From: an uncultured Candidatus Binatia bacterium
GTDB lineage: Bacteria > Desulfobacterota > Binatia > UBA9968 > CAXXLF01
NCBI GenBank assembly: GCA_965218425.1
Contig: OZ244621.1
Location: forward strand, 353,368 to 417,367
Reading direction: 5' to 3'
Length of the DNA stretch: 64,000 nucleotides
Shown here: positions 18,202 through 28,235 of the stretch, piece after piece
How the letters are laid out: each line of letters begins with the position of its first letter
Position numbering within the stretch: position 1 is the stretch's first letter
Position numbers and translations under genes: made by a program
The notes under the pieces: model-generated
What the model saw: the letters and a program-made list of their open reading frames with translations, nothing else
What the model was told of the DNA's origin: nothing
The model's database searches: none

Positions 18202-19081
18202 GAATTAACTAGATCAAATATTTACCACCCCTGGTGCGCAATTCCAACCTTATATAAGAAGGTAGGCCCACCGGTTGTGTTATCCCCATCCAAAATATTT
18301 GTTTTATCAATACTTGTATTTACCTTGTCAATTCCTTCTCTTCCGCAGTTTTTTGGTGGGTCTCCCACCAGGATGCCGAGTTTTTTTCTAGGCTTCGAGG
18401 GAGGCCCTTGGAACGAGCTTCACGTGACCAAACCGAAGTGCCGCAAGCCGTCTGTTTTTTATGGCCTGCCTAGTGGTTCTAAGGACTTTTGCGCATTTTG
18501 TATATGTGGCACTGATTTTCTCTATACACCCCCTGGTAATGAGAAAAATGATGCGAATGACATATACTGGGTCCAGATTGGCCGTGGAAAGGGTTACGCG
18601 ATAAAATTCCAATTTCGGCTTTAATCTGCATCAGGACAAATAGTTTCACGTAAAAAGTGTCCAAAATATACCGAGAATAGCTTTACTGTACCGTCCTGTC
18701 CTGAAATGTTCCCGAAGGTCAACCCTTCAATGAGCGTTCCCTTCTCCTTGTGCCCCAATCCCATCCGGAGGATGACTCATGGAATATCAAGCTCTCGCAT
18801 ATTCGCTAGGTTCTCGACCCCTCAGCCTTCTCTGCGCGATTGAGTCTGCTCTGGTGACCGGAGAACCCTGCACTCTGGTGGATGTTCATTATGACGAAGG
18901 ATAATACGAACCATTTCCCGTACCTCCCCAAACTAACGGTTGAAATTTAAGGTCATGAATCGCACAACGGATATGGGGTAAAAGGTAACCAACTGGACGA
19001 TCAGGCCCTCGCCTTGGTGAACGAGACCCCCTGAGCGGAACTTGACTAACACTGCCTACTTCTTTAAGGTAAAAAATCCAT

Positions 19082-19157
19082 TGAGGAGTCGGCTAATTGG
19101 TAAGCCACCTGACTCTGGATCAGGCGATTGTAGGTTCGAGTCCTACCTCCTCAGCCA
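19082..19157 (+). tRNA. tRNA-Gln (anticodon CUG)
   Basis: TGAGGAG-TC-GGCT-AATTGGTA-AGCC-A-CCTGA-CTCTGGA-TCAGG-CGATT-GTAGG-TTCGAGT-CCTAC-CTCCTCA-G-CCA. All stems pair. CCA encoded. Confidence 0.85.
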
Positions 19158-19158
19158 T

Positions 19159-19233
19159 GGTCCCATCGTCTAGCGGTTAGGACACCGGCCTCTCACGTCG
19201 GTAACACGGGTTCGATTCCCGTTGGGACCACCA
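19159..19233 (+). tRNA. tRNA-Glu (anticodon CUC)
   Basis: GGTCCCA...anticodon loop CTCTCAC...T-arm ACGGG-TTCGATT-CCCGT-TGGGACC-A-CCA. Starts 1 nt after tRNA-Gln. Confidence 0.8.
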
Positions 19234-19800
19234 TATCCCCTCACCCGTCGGTGTCCCCTTATTCAAAGGGCTCACTTTTTAAATTCCATCAAACCCGCAT
19301 GGGGCTGACACCCTATTCGACAAACTCTATCGTTTCGCAGATTCAACACGTCCGTGCTCACGCATACCCCCAGAGGCTTTCCCTCAAGGAAAACAACCTT
19401 CTCCTCCTTCTCAAAGGGGTCGAAGCAGGACGTTCTGGCCTCGTATCTATCACCGTTGATAATAAAATCTTATCCTCATGGGCCACTTCAACCTCATGGC
19501 TTTCATAGCTGAGGCGGTCTTTGGACCGCCTGGCAGAACTCTCATCGATCAACCGCCCGAAAACCGGTCGGACTTCTTGAAACTCCTAGGGGGAAAGCTG
19601 GTGGACTGTTTTCTTTTTATCAATCAATGTCCGAATAGTTCTGGATTCCACGGCTGGGATCCTGAGCTGAGACAGTAAACACCATCGCCAAAAGAATGGG
19701 CAAGGTGAGTAGAGAGCGTAACGTTACGGCCCTCATATGACTTGCAACCCTTTCAAGCTAGAGATCAGGGAACTTACCTTGAGCAGGCAGATCTTGGTTA

Positions 19801-20739
19801 TTAAATGTGAAGCAACCGGCGTGAATTACGCTCCGTAACCGACCTGACCGAACTGGAATCCGGCTGTTCCTCTATCACCGGCATGGCCTTCTTGAGCGGA
19901 CCTAGCCCCCCACAGTAGTCCGACCCAAACACAACCCGCTCTGAGCCAAGGGTATCCAGTAGAAAGCGCAGAGTTCTCGCGTTTACGCTTGCGGTATCCA
20001 CCAGGAAATGCTCGAGCAATATCTCCGAGTAACGCTTCTCCTCACCCGGCCCCTTATGTTTCCAGAATAATTTGTTGAGCAACAGCGGTATTCCCCCTCC
20101 TCCACTCCTAATGACCACCTGCAAATTGGGGTGGCGGTCAAAAACACCGCTTGCAATCATCCTAACCACGCACTCGGACACGCCGGCGTCGGCAAGAGCG
20201 CTTGCGCTTACCCCGGCACCGCCGTCCTCCAGTCTTTTAAGACTTGGATCGCTTCGGCCTCCCCCACCACCATGAAGGAATATGGGAAGATTCAACTCGG
20301 CAATCTTTGCTAAAAGGGGCTCGCTCTCGGGCCGGTCCGCCATTACCTCACCATTTATACTTGAATACATGAGTACGGCTCGAAAACCCTGAGCGGCCAT
20401 TCGATCAATCTCTGCTACTGAACCTTCCACGTTCTTTAGCGAAATGGCCATGACCCCCATTAACCGGTCTCGGTGGGCGGCCAATCGCTGGGCTAGGAGA
20501 TTATTGGACTCCCGTACCAACTCCATGGCCTGGTCCGGTGGAAGAAAATCCGCGTGAACCCCGGCCCCCTGGCAGACCAGTTGCAGGTCCAGCCCCGCTT
20601 CGTCCATCTCTTTTACCCTTTTTGAGAAATCGGGCGAATCGTAGTCGTCGATACGAGGACCACGACCGCCCAAAGAGACCAATCTTTCTACGAGTTCATG
20701 CGGCGTGTGATGGGAGTGCCAGTCAATTAATAGAGGCAC
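19801..20739 (-). CDS. amidohydrolase_2 (PF04909) family metal-dependent hydrolase/decarboxylase (LigI / ACMSD-like)
   Basis: N-terminal IDWHSHHTPHE metal-binding motif, C-terminal VVFGSDY, 312 aa. Confidence 0.65.
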   Translation of the reverse strand: MPLLIDWHSHHTPHELVERLVSLGGRGPRIDDYDSPDFSKRVKEMDEAGLDLQLVCQGAGVHADFLPPDQAMELVRESNNLLAQRLAAHRDRLMGVMAISLKNVEGSVAEIDRMAAQGFRAVLMYSSINGEVMADRPESEPLLAKIAELNLPIFLHGGGGGRSDPSLKRLEDGGAGVSASALADAGVSECVVRMIASGVFDRHPNLQVVIRSGGGGIPLLLNKLFWKHKGPGEEKRYSEILLEHFLVDTASVNARTLRFLLDTLGSERVVFGSDYCGGLGPLKKAMPVIEEQPDSSSVRSVTERNSRRLLHI

Positions 20740-20775
20740 GATCCCTCCTCATTGCTTGGTAGAGCACTTGATCGG

Positions 20776-21873
20776 CTAACCGGCCTTGGCCATTTCTTTC
20801 TGAGTGCACGTGGATACCATACTTCCCATCTTGCACTGGACGTTGACCTTGGCCAGAGCGGACTCGAACATCTCGTGCACCCTTGAATCTTCGTCTTCGT
20901 ACTCGATCTGTCCCCCGCCTTCTTTTACGCTTTTGTCAATGGGTCTCTCGTCGGTGAGGCCCACGAATCGAAAACGCCAGTTGTTCCAACGCAACGCCAG
21001 ATAGCGAGCAGGCTCCGCGCCGGAATTGAAATGCTGATGAAACCACGTGGTGGGTGGAACCACAACACTGCCGGGCTTCCAGTCCACTCGCCGCGGCTCA
21101 TCTCCCTCCCGCCAGAGTAATGAATAGCCTTCTCCCTTTAGAATGATGACGTGGGCGCCGGGACCGTGGCGATGGGCCTTTTTGTACGTGGCCACGGGAA
21201 ACTCCGAGATATGAGATCCCATGACGTTACCCGCGAGATCAAAGTTAATGTTCTTCCCTCCCGCGCCTCGTTCCTTCCACTCGTAGAGAGCGATGTCCTT
21301 TGTGTTGGGAACAAAATTCACTGAAAGCTTCCGTGACCCCCAGTACTGCCCCTTGCTGTTAAAGTAATCGTCTTCATCGGGCGCAAAACGGTCTTTAAAG
21401 ATAAAATCGTTATCAAACACAAAGTCCACATTATGAAAGAGGTTCATGATGAAGGGCGCGTTGGTAACGGCAAAGTACCTCGCGGGGGCGTTTCCTTGCC
21501 CGTTGAAATGCTGATACCGGGCGTTCAATGGTATTGCGAAAAGGCTTCCAGGATGCCACTCGAAGCTGTGCTTCTTGCCGTCCTTCTGCCAAATTGACGT
21601 GGCCCCATGCCCGTCAATGATATAGACCATCTCTTCATAAAGCTGCTTTTGAACTTTCGTCTGCCCCTTGGGAGGGATCTCCAACACATAGGCATCGTTG
21701 CTCCCCCCGGTCCCCTCCAGATTAATGAACGCTCCGTTGGCGCCCTTAAAATCCCAGGGGGCCACCTCCACCTCTTTCAGATCGGATATATAGAACTCTT
21801 TGTTAATGGGAACCTTCTGTGCCACCTGCCAGTCATTGTAGGTATCGACTCTTTCGTCATTGGCATACTTCAT
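20776..21873 (-). CDS. bicupin ring-cleaving dioxygenase (gentisate / 1-hydroxy-2-naphthoate 1,2-dioxygenase family)
   Basis: Two cupin barrels, 365 aa, with a conserved HRH...H metal site (ATYKKAHRHGPGAHVIILKG) and HQHFN motifs as in gentisate dioxygenases. Confidence 0.6.
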   Translation of the reverse strand: MKYANDERVDTYNDWQVAQKVPINKEFYISDLKEVEVAPWDFKGANGAFINLEGTGGSNDAYVLEIPPKGQTKVQKQLYEEMVYIIDGHGATSIWQKDGKKHSFEWHPGSLFAIPLNARYQHFNGQGNAPARYFAVTNAPFIMNLFHNVDFVFDNDFIFKDRFAPDEDDYFNSKGQYWGSRKLSVNFVPNTKDIALYEWKERGAGGKNINFDLAGNVMGSHISEFPVATYKKAHRHGPGAHVIILKGEGYSLLWREGDEPRRVDWKPGSVVVPPTTWFHQHFNSGAEPARYLALRWNNWRFRFVGLTDERPIDKSVKEGGGQIEYEDEDSRVHEMFESALAKVNVQCKMGSMVSTCTQKEMAKAG

Positions 21874-21986
21874 AGAATCTCCTTTTTTTGAACTGAAATA
21901 TTTAAGATGTTTTCCCTAAATACCATCCGGTCTGCGCCATTATGTTCTTTTAACAGATCAACGACAATTTGGGAAGGTTCCGAGCC

Positions 21987-23153
21987 TCAATCCCGGATAT
22001 CCTGGAGGAACCACTCCGTTGGAACTTCCTTCCCCAATTGTGCCTGTTTGACTAAGTCATACACCAGGGATCCAACGGTGGCAAACTGCATCCCCTGTTT
22101 CAGCCCTCCCCCCAACCTTCCCCCACCCGAGGCACTAACTTCGTCTTGGTTTAACCTTCCCTTGGCCCGGCCAAGGATTAAATCAACTAAAGGCACCCTT
22201 CTTGCAGGGAAGGCGGATGATGGTTCGGGTTCGGATTGAACTTCCTTTGCCAGTATTCGGTCGCCATGAGCCGCCTGCCCCCGCCTGAATCCTCTCGCCT
22301 CCCGCAGGGCATCCCAACTCCCCGCCAAATAGGTGGTGAACCCCTGTGAATCGTCCAATGGCACACCGCCGACAACCTGGCTTTTTGGATCACCGCCCAC
22401 ACACACATCCACTTTGGGGTAAACATCGTCCGCATACTCACCTGCCACCTGTGTGAGGTGCATCCCGGGCTCTAACATTCTGGCAAATACCGTGCGGTCG
22501 ATGGAGTTCGTACAGGTGGCAAGTATATCCGCTCCCTTCACGGCATCTTGCGGACTGGTGCAGGGAATGACTTCAATACCCAGCTTTTCTGCCATCTTAC
22601 TTGCGTAGAGATCTCTGTTACCTTTAGTGGGACTGTAAACCTTTACCTTTTTGATATTCCTCACTTCGGCAAAGGCCAATAGATGGCTCCTTGCCATACC
22701 CCCTGCTCCCAGCATCCCCACAACGGAGGCATTTTCCTTGGCTAAATACTTCGCCCCTAGCGCACCAAGGGCCCCCACCCTCAAATGTTGCAGGTACCCA
22801 TCGTTGATGATGGCCAAGGGCTCGCCGTTGTTGGTATCGAAGAGAAAGATCAGCCCGCAGAAGAGGCCCGGCCGAACGCAGAACTTGTCCTCCACCGTCA
22901 GGCCATTCCTTTGCGGCCAGCTCATCATATCCGATTTCATCCTTATGGCATGGCGATGTAGCCCCTTACTGGAGCCTTCCATGGTCCCCCAGCGGTGAAA
23001 CTTGCCCTGGGAACGTGTCTCGGTATAGATGTCCACTCGCGGCCGCACCACCAGTTCGGCCTTCGCCAACTCCAGGTGCCCATCCTCCAGGACCCGGAGC
23101 ACGTCTGCAATGGTTAGGACCTTTTCAACGTCTAGGTTGCTGATGAAAAGCAT
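21987..23153 (-). CDS. ornithine cyclodeaminase/mu-crystallin family oxidoreductase (second copy)
   Basis: VVGMLGAGGMARSHLLAF Rossmann motif and family-typical flanks. 388 aa. Divergent paralog of 5683-6744. Confidence 0.65.
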   Translation of the reverse strand: MLFISNLDVEKVLTIADVLRVLEDGHLELAKAELVVRPRVDIYTETRSQGKFHRWGTMEGSSKGLHRHAIRMKSDMMSWPQRNGLTVEDKFCVRPGLFCGLIFLFDTNNGEPLAIINDGYLQHLRVGALGALGAKYLAKENASVVGMLGAGGMARSHLLAFAEVRNIKKVKVYSPTKGNRDLYASKMAEKLGIEVIPCTSPQDAVKGADILATCTNSIDRTVFARMLEPGMHLTQVAGEYADDVYPKVDVCVGGDPKSQVVGGVPLDDSQGFTTYLAGSWDALREARGFRRGQAAHGDRILAKEVQSEPEPSSAFPARRVPLVDLILGRAKGRLNQDEVSASGGGRLGGGLKQGMQFATVGSLVYDLVKQAQLGKEVPTEWFLQDIRD

Positions 23154-23156
23154 ACC

Positions 23157-24140
23157 CTAGTTCCAATAGGCGAATGTGACTCCATGTCCAGTACCTGCAG
23201 GCGAACGATAACACGGCACGTAATCCACCAAGGTCATGGTAGAGGATTCCATGGCGCCGGCCACAGCCACCCAATTGAGTATTTCTGGAGTGCCCGGTGC
23301 GCGGTTCAAGCGATCCCTCGGCAGGGAGCAAAGCCGCTGGACATCTTTTTCCTTCAAGGCATGGATCACTTGCTGGTCCAGTTCCTCGTCGACAATCTGA
23401 TGACTGAGCCCACCCGAGGCCATAACCACGACCCTCTTGTCCTCCTTCCAGGACTCGATGGACCGACGCAGGGCCTGGCCCAGGGCATAGCAGCGCGCAG
23501 ACTTGGCCTGGCTCGGCAGATATCGACTGACGATCAATGGAACCATGGGAACCGTCCCATCCGTTTGATACAACTCATAAAACGTACTGAAGGCCTCATC
23601 TAGCCCATGCTCCGCCCGAAACTGGCTTGAGGACGCGATATCAAACCCCTCGTCAATCAAACTATCGATCAGATGATTCGCCAACTGCGGAAATCCAGGG
23701 AAATGCCTCTGCTCCCTTCTCGGCCTGGAGGTAGCCACCGGGGGCGGCCCCGTCATCGCAGCCACCTTGGGATCCGAACTTCTTCCGGCCCCCCCAAGCG
23801 AACGGGTGGACAGTTGATCACCGGAAAAGACCCCAAAAACAGTCAACGGGTCATCCGGTAGGATTCCGTGGGGGTTGCTGACCACTACAGCCACATCCGG
23901 CTCCGATTGGGCCACCACACCAGCAAGTTTTTTAATTGCCACTTGGCATCTGTCGTAGCGTTCCTGTTTCTTCTGGAGGGTGACTTCTTGTGCAATGGCC
24001 GGGCTCGCGTTTCGCAGCAGCTCACCGTAGTCGTAACGAGGATCCTTCTTATCCCGCTCAACGATACTATCCCACTGGCCGGGTAACGTCTTGATCGTAG
24101 GGCCGTGTGAACTCGCAAAACCCAAGACTATCTTTGCCAT
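23157..24140 (-). CDS. class III extradiol dioxygenase (LigB/DODA-type) family protein
   Basis: N-terminal KIVLGFASSHGP matches the SHGSP signature of LigB-type enzymes. RBS ggaaaggaagg upstream of ATG 24140 (the ORF is also open from 24161). Confidence 0.5.
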   Translation of the reverse strand: MAKIVLGFASSHGPTIKTLPGQWDSIVERDKKDPRYDYGELLRNASPAIAQEVTLQKKQERYDRCQVAIKKLAGVVAQSEPDVAVVVSNPHGILPDDPLTVFGVFSGDQLSTRSLGGAGRSSDPKVAAMTGPPPVATSRPRREQRHFPGFPQLANHLIDSLIDEGFDIASSSQFRAEHGLDEAFSTFYELYQTDGTVPMVPLIVSRYLPSQAKSARCYALGQALRRSIESWKEDKRVVVMASGGLSHQIVDEELDQQVIHALKEKDVQRLCSLPRDRLNRAPGTPEILNWVAVAGAMESSTMTLVDYVPCYRSPAGTGHGVTFAYWN

Positions 24141-24316
24141 TTTAAAACCCTTCCTTTCCACTCACCCGGACGTGACACATTCCTGTCACGAATACGGGTT
24201 TTCCATATGACCAGAACATTTTCATGGGGCGGCACCCAACTGCCTACCCACTGAACAGCTTCCTTGAAGACAACAATTTGGTTAGACCGCTGCTTCATGA
24301 CTGGGAGAAGGGCCTC

Positions 24317-25450
24317 TCAACCTTGAGGAGGGAAAACCGCCACACACTTGCACGAGTTGAAGATATAGGTCTCGGCGTAGGCCAGCACCTTCGCCTTGCG
24401 CCCTTCCATGGCACCGGCAAGACAGATCCAGTTGCGCATCTCATGCTGACCGGATGCGCGGAGTTGTTCCTGCTCCAACTCTCTCCACTTGTGGTGCTGC
24501 CCCGCCTTGAGCTGCTCGTAGCGCCGACGATCGCAGTCAACATCCCCCCACAGAAACCCGTGCATGTTGGTTAATGACGCGTGGGACCAGCTCGATGAGC
24601 CGATCATCACCGCCCGATACGGGCTTTCCTTGATGATCTGCCCCACCATCTTCCCCAGGTCGTAGCAGCGCCAAGGTGGCGGAGAGCCGGGGGGCAGACT
24701 TTCCCCCCCCTCGATTCGCCGAGCCTTATCATCGGGGTCAGGCAGACGGCCGATCCACTCATGTGACCCGAGGGAGGGCATGCGCATGTCTTCTCCGTAG
24801 CAGTTTACGTGAAAAGGGATGATGGGATAGTCGAATCCCCTGCGGTCCCAATCCAGATAATCAAGGGTCCCGGAGAAAGCATGCCCAATGGTGGTGACGT
24901 TGTTTAACTTCGATGACCAGCCCACTTCGTAGCCGCGATGGATCAACCCGGTGGCAATGAAGGTGCCTATCTTCTTAGCCCCCTTAAACCTGGTCTGTAA
25001 TGGCGGGCGTTCCATGGGGAGTCCAACATTAGTGAGTCCGGTGTCCAAAATCCCCTTGGGTCCATATTCAACCTTGATCCCACCGCGCCGCTCAACGATT
25101 TCAAACTCATCGTGAGCGAATATGGAAAAAGGAGGGAAAATATCTTCTTTAAAATTCTCGTACTGGTCGTCCCCGAATATCAAGACGAAATCTGGACTGA
25201 AGTCGTCAATGGCTTCCCGGGCAGCCCGATAGCCATCAAGGACCACCTTTCGATGTTTAGCCGCAGCTTTGACTCCTTCATCGTCCCCCCATTCCTCCCT
25301 CATTTTTTCAGGCCAGTTCTTCGGGTCCCTCCAGAAGGCCGGGGTTTTCTGATTCCTGAAATTGAGACGAAAATAATTGTTCGCCATCGTCTCGTCGGTG
25401 AACCTAAGGTGGGGTCCGTGAGGACAACCGATACCTAATATCTCACCCAT
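24317..25450 (-). CDS. class III extradiol dioxygenase (LigB-type) family protein, paralog
   Basis: N-terminal ILGIGCPHGPHL. 377 aa. Tandem with the preceding LigB-like gene. Confidence 0.5.
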   Translation of the reverse strand: MGEILGIGCPHGPHLRFTDETMANNYFRLNFRNQKTPAFWRDPKNWPEKMREEWGDDEGVKAAAKHRKVVLDGYRAAREAIDDFSPDFVLIFGDDQYENFKEDIFPPFSIFAHDEFEIVERRGGIKVEYGPKGILDTGLTNVGLPMERPPLQTRFKGAKKIGTFIATGLIHRGYEVGWSSKLNNVTTIGHAFSGTLDYLDWDRRGFDYPIIPFHVNCYGEDMRMPSLGSHEWIGRLPDPDDKARRIEGGESLPPGSPPPWRCYDLGKMVGQIIKESPYRAVMIGSSSWSHASLTNMHGFLWGDVDCDRRRYEQLKAGQHHKWRELEQEQLRASGQHEMRNWICLAGAMEGRKAKVLAYAETYIFNSCKCVAVFPPQG

Positions 25451-25474
25451 GGCCGTATCCCTCCCAAATAATAG

Positions 25475-26461
25475 TCAACTGAGATAACCGCGTTCCTTCC
25501 AGAAGCGCTCCGCCGCAGGGTGCAGCGGGATATCCAGCGGACCTTCCGGCGTATCCTTGCACATACGCTCTAACGGCAACGGCCCCTCACCCTGCCATGG
25601 GATATGCTCCTTCCTCGCCTCCAAAGCCTGGCAAAATGACGTGATCACCTCGTCGGACACGTCGGCATGGGTATAGATGGGCCAGCCGCTGAAATCCAGG
25701 GCCAACACATCCCCCGGCAGCTTGGACCACCTTTCCTTCTTGATGTAGGAGCGTCGAAACCCCATGGACTCCAGCTTTTCAACCACCGACTCCTGCAGGG
25801 GCAAGACCCTCATCCCCGCATCCAGGGCAAGCCCCACCCAGGCATTGACCGCCTCGTCGAAGATGGCGTCCACATCACCCCGTTTGACGAGATCGATGCG
25901 GGTCAACTCATAATTCTTACCCGAAGTGGAAATGCCGTTGGGGAGCCCGGGGTCATAGCGCACTTGGCCACCCCAGGACTCAATGTCCTCAAGAGAGAAC
26001 CCCATGGTTTCCAGCACGACTTTTTCGAAAAAGTGATTGCTATGATCCCGTTGCCCTCGGAGGGAAACACGAAGGGGATACTTCTTGTCCCGAATATCCT
26101 CCAAGGAAGTCAAACCAGTGCTCTCACTGACCGCAAAGGCGTAGGAATCAAGGGAGGGTATAACGGCAATTGCCCGCAAGGGAATAGGCTCCTTGAAGGG
26201 TCCCGTCCCTCGTAGAGCAAGGGTAACAGGCTCCGCGGGGTTGATGATCGCCAGTTGAACCTCCCCCCGGGCCACCCCGTCGATGGCCTCAAAACTATCA
26301 CTCCCGAACAGGACCACGGGTTTTGCGTCCCCCCCTTGAGGTCTGAGGGTTACGCTAGCCTGTTGCAAGGGCCAACTGTTATCGGCGGCCAACTGGGCGG
26401 CCATCTCCAATACGAGTTTAGAACGGGTTACCACGGGACGCGCATAACGAGGGCGCTGCTG
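25475..26461 (-). CDS. TAXI-family (TRAP-type solute receptor-like) SBP-fold protein without signal peptide
   Basis: The C-terminal hallmark WPIYTHADVSDEVITSFCQALEA...PLHPAAERFWKERGYLS matches TAXI receptors. The N-terminus MQQRPRYARPVVTRSKLVLEMAAQLAA lacks a hydrophobic signal peptide. RBS gaaaggagag upstream of ATG 26461. Confidence 0.55.
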   Translation of the reverse strand, partial: QQRPRYARPVVTRSKLVLEMAAQLAADNSWPLQQASVTLRPQGGDAKPVVLFGSDSFEAIDGVARGEVQLAIINPAEPVTLALRGTGPFKEPIPLRAIAVIPSLDSYAFAVSESTGLTSLEDIRDKKYPLRVSLRGQRDHSNHFFEKVVLETMGFSLEDIESWGGQVRYDPGLPNGISTSGKNYELTRIDLVKRGDVDAIFDEAVNAWVGLALDAGMRVLPLQESVVEKLESMGFRRSYIKKERWSKLPGDVLALDFSGWPIYTHADVSDEVITSFCQALEARKEHIPWQGEGPLPLERMCKDTPEGPLDIPLHPAAERFWKERGYLS

Positions 26462-26489
26462 CATAAGAACTCTCCTTTCGAACTTCCGA

Positions 26490-28151
26490 TCAACGCTGAG
26501 ACGGAAATCCTTCCTTAGAGTCGAGGGCCACATCCACGAGGGTGGGCCTGCCGGAATCCAGTCCTTTCTGGATGGCAGAGTGGATCTCATCCGGGTGTTC
26601 CACCCGGATCCCTTCGCATTTAAATTCCTTTGCGATATTGGCAAAGTTCAATCCAGGGACGAAGTTCATCTCCTGGCTAAGGGCATACTCCCTCATATGG
26701 TTTTTTTCCAGGAGGTAGGTTCCATTATTGAAAACCACCACCACAATCGGGATGTTATATCGGGCCGCCACCTCCAATTCGGAGATGATGCCGCACATGA
26801 TCCCGCCGTCACCTTCAAAACAGATGACCCTCTTATCCGGCGCCGCGAGCTTGGCCCCGATGGCCATGGGGATGCCGGTCCCAATGGCACCTGTCCCCCT
26901 GGGTGTAATAAAGGTGGGGCCTGATTCCACAAAGGTGTGGCTGGTGGCCCACATGAAAGGGCTTGACCCGTCGGATACCAAAATCGTATCGGGTCCAATA
27001 AATTCCTGCACCTCCCTCATCAAACGGGCCGGATGAATGGGCACCGTATTGGAGTTGGCCCGCGCCGCGTTGTCCTCACGCCACAGATGGAGCAGACTTC
27101 TGATTTCATCGGCGCGTGACATTTTCGGCCGAAATGACTGTCTCCTAAGTTCGTTGACGAGGGCTTCCAGGGCAAGCCTTGCATCGGCAATCATCCCCAC
27201 TCGAGTCTGGTAGTTTCTGCCGATCTCCTTCTGGTCAATGTCGATATGAATAAGGGTGGAACCTGGATCAGGGACGGACCAACGGGCGGTGGCCATCTCA
27301 TTGGTGCGGGTTCCCACCAGCAGCACAGCGTCCGAGTCTTTGACAATCCGTTCCGACACCCGTCCCCTGCCCAACCAACCACCCACCACGGCACCCGTGG
27401 GACCGGCGCTAAGGGGGTGCTTCTCCGGGAAGGCGCCCTTCCCTGAAATGGTTGTGGCCACGGGCAATTGACCCAACTCGGCGAGTTCCTTCAGCGCATC
27501 CCACCCACGGGAAAGGTTTACCCCACCGCCGGCAATGATGCAGGGCCGTCGTGCCTGGCGCAAAGTCTCGACGGCCTTCTCAACCTGGCCTGGTTCAGGA
27601 GATATCCTCATTGCCGGGAAGCTGGCATATTCTTCTTCCGCAAAGGGTTCTGCGTCGATATGATGCTGAGGAGAAAAAGTCGCCCCCATGCCTCGTATGT
27701 TTAAGACCACGGGACCGGGTCTACCCGTGGTGGCCATGCGAAAGGCCTTGCGAAGCATTTCCGGTGCCTTGGCCATGTCCGTGATGTCACCAATCCATTT
27801 TGACACGGGCTTGACCATTCCCATCTGGTCCTGCTCGTAGAGTGCGTTCTTCCCCTCACTGGACGTGGCTAGACCTTCCATGAGGACTATGATGGGAACC
27901 GATGAGTTCCACGCCTCGGTCAGTGCCATGATGACGTTCATGGTGCCCGGCCGGTTCAAGGTAATGACTCCGGGCTTCCCACTGATACGCGCATAGCCAT
28001 AGGCCATGAGGCCGGCGGAGGTTTCGTGATGGATATTGATGGGCCTGATCTTGGACAGGTCCATTTCGGGATAAACACGCATCCCAAAGACCTGCGGAAT
28101 ACCGTATTGAATCAGCATCTCGGTGAAGTGGTTATAGACATGGGCTTTCAT
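26490..28151 (-). CDS. thiamine diphosphate-dependent enzyme (acetolactate synthase / benzoylformate decarboxylase / Xsc family)
   Basis: 553 aa with three-domain ALS-like layout and the ThDP GDGG...NN motif (CFEGDGGIMCGIISELEVAARYNIPIVVVVFNNGTY). Confidence 0.7.
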   Translation of the reverse strand: MKAHVYNHFTEMLIQYGIPQVFGMRVYPEMDLSKIRPINIHHETSAGLMAYGYARISGKPGVITLNRPGTMNVIMALTEAWNSSVPIIVLMEGLATSSEGKNALYEQDQMGMVKPVSKWIGDITDMAKAPEMLRKAFRMATTGRPGPVVLNIRGMGATFSPQHHIDAEPFAEEEYASFPAMRISPEPGQVEKAVETLRQARRPCIIAGGGVNLSRGWDALKELAELGQLPVATTISGKGAFPEKHPLSAGPTGAVVGGWLGRGRVSERIVKDSDAVLLVGTRTNEMATARWSVPDPGSTLIHIDIDQKEIGRNYQTRVGMIADARLALEALVNELRRQSFRPKMSRADEIRSLLHLWREDNAARANSNTVPIHPARLMREVQEFIGPDTILVSDGSSPFMWATSHTFVESGPTFITPRGTGAIGTGIPMAIGAKLAAPDKRVICFEGDGGIMCGIISELEVAARYNIPIVVVVFNNGTYLLEKNHMREYALSQEMNFVPGLNFANIAKEFKCEGIRVEHPDEIHSAIQKGLDSGRPTLVDVALDSKEGFPSQR

Positions 28152-28235
28152 AGACTCTGTGCTGTCCTTCCAGTTGGGATAGGGATCGCCGTTTGAGCAG
28201 CAACCCCCGGTAGTGACTGAGGAGACAAACGGAGC

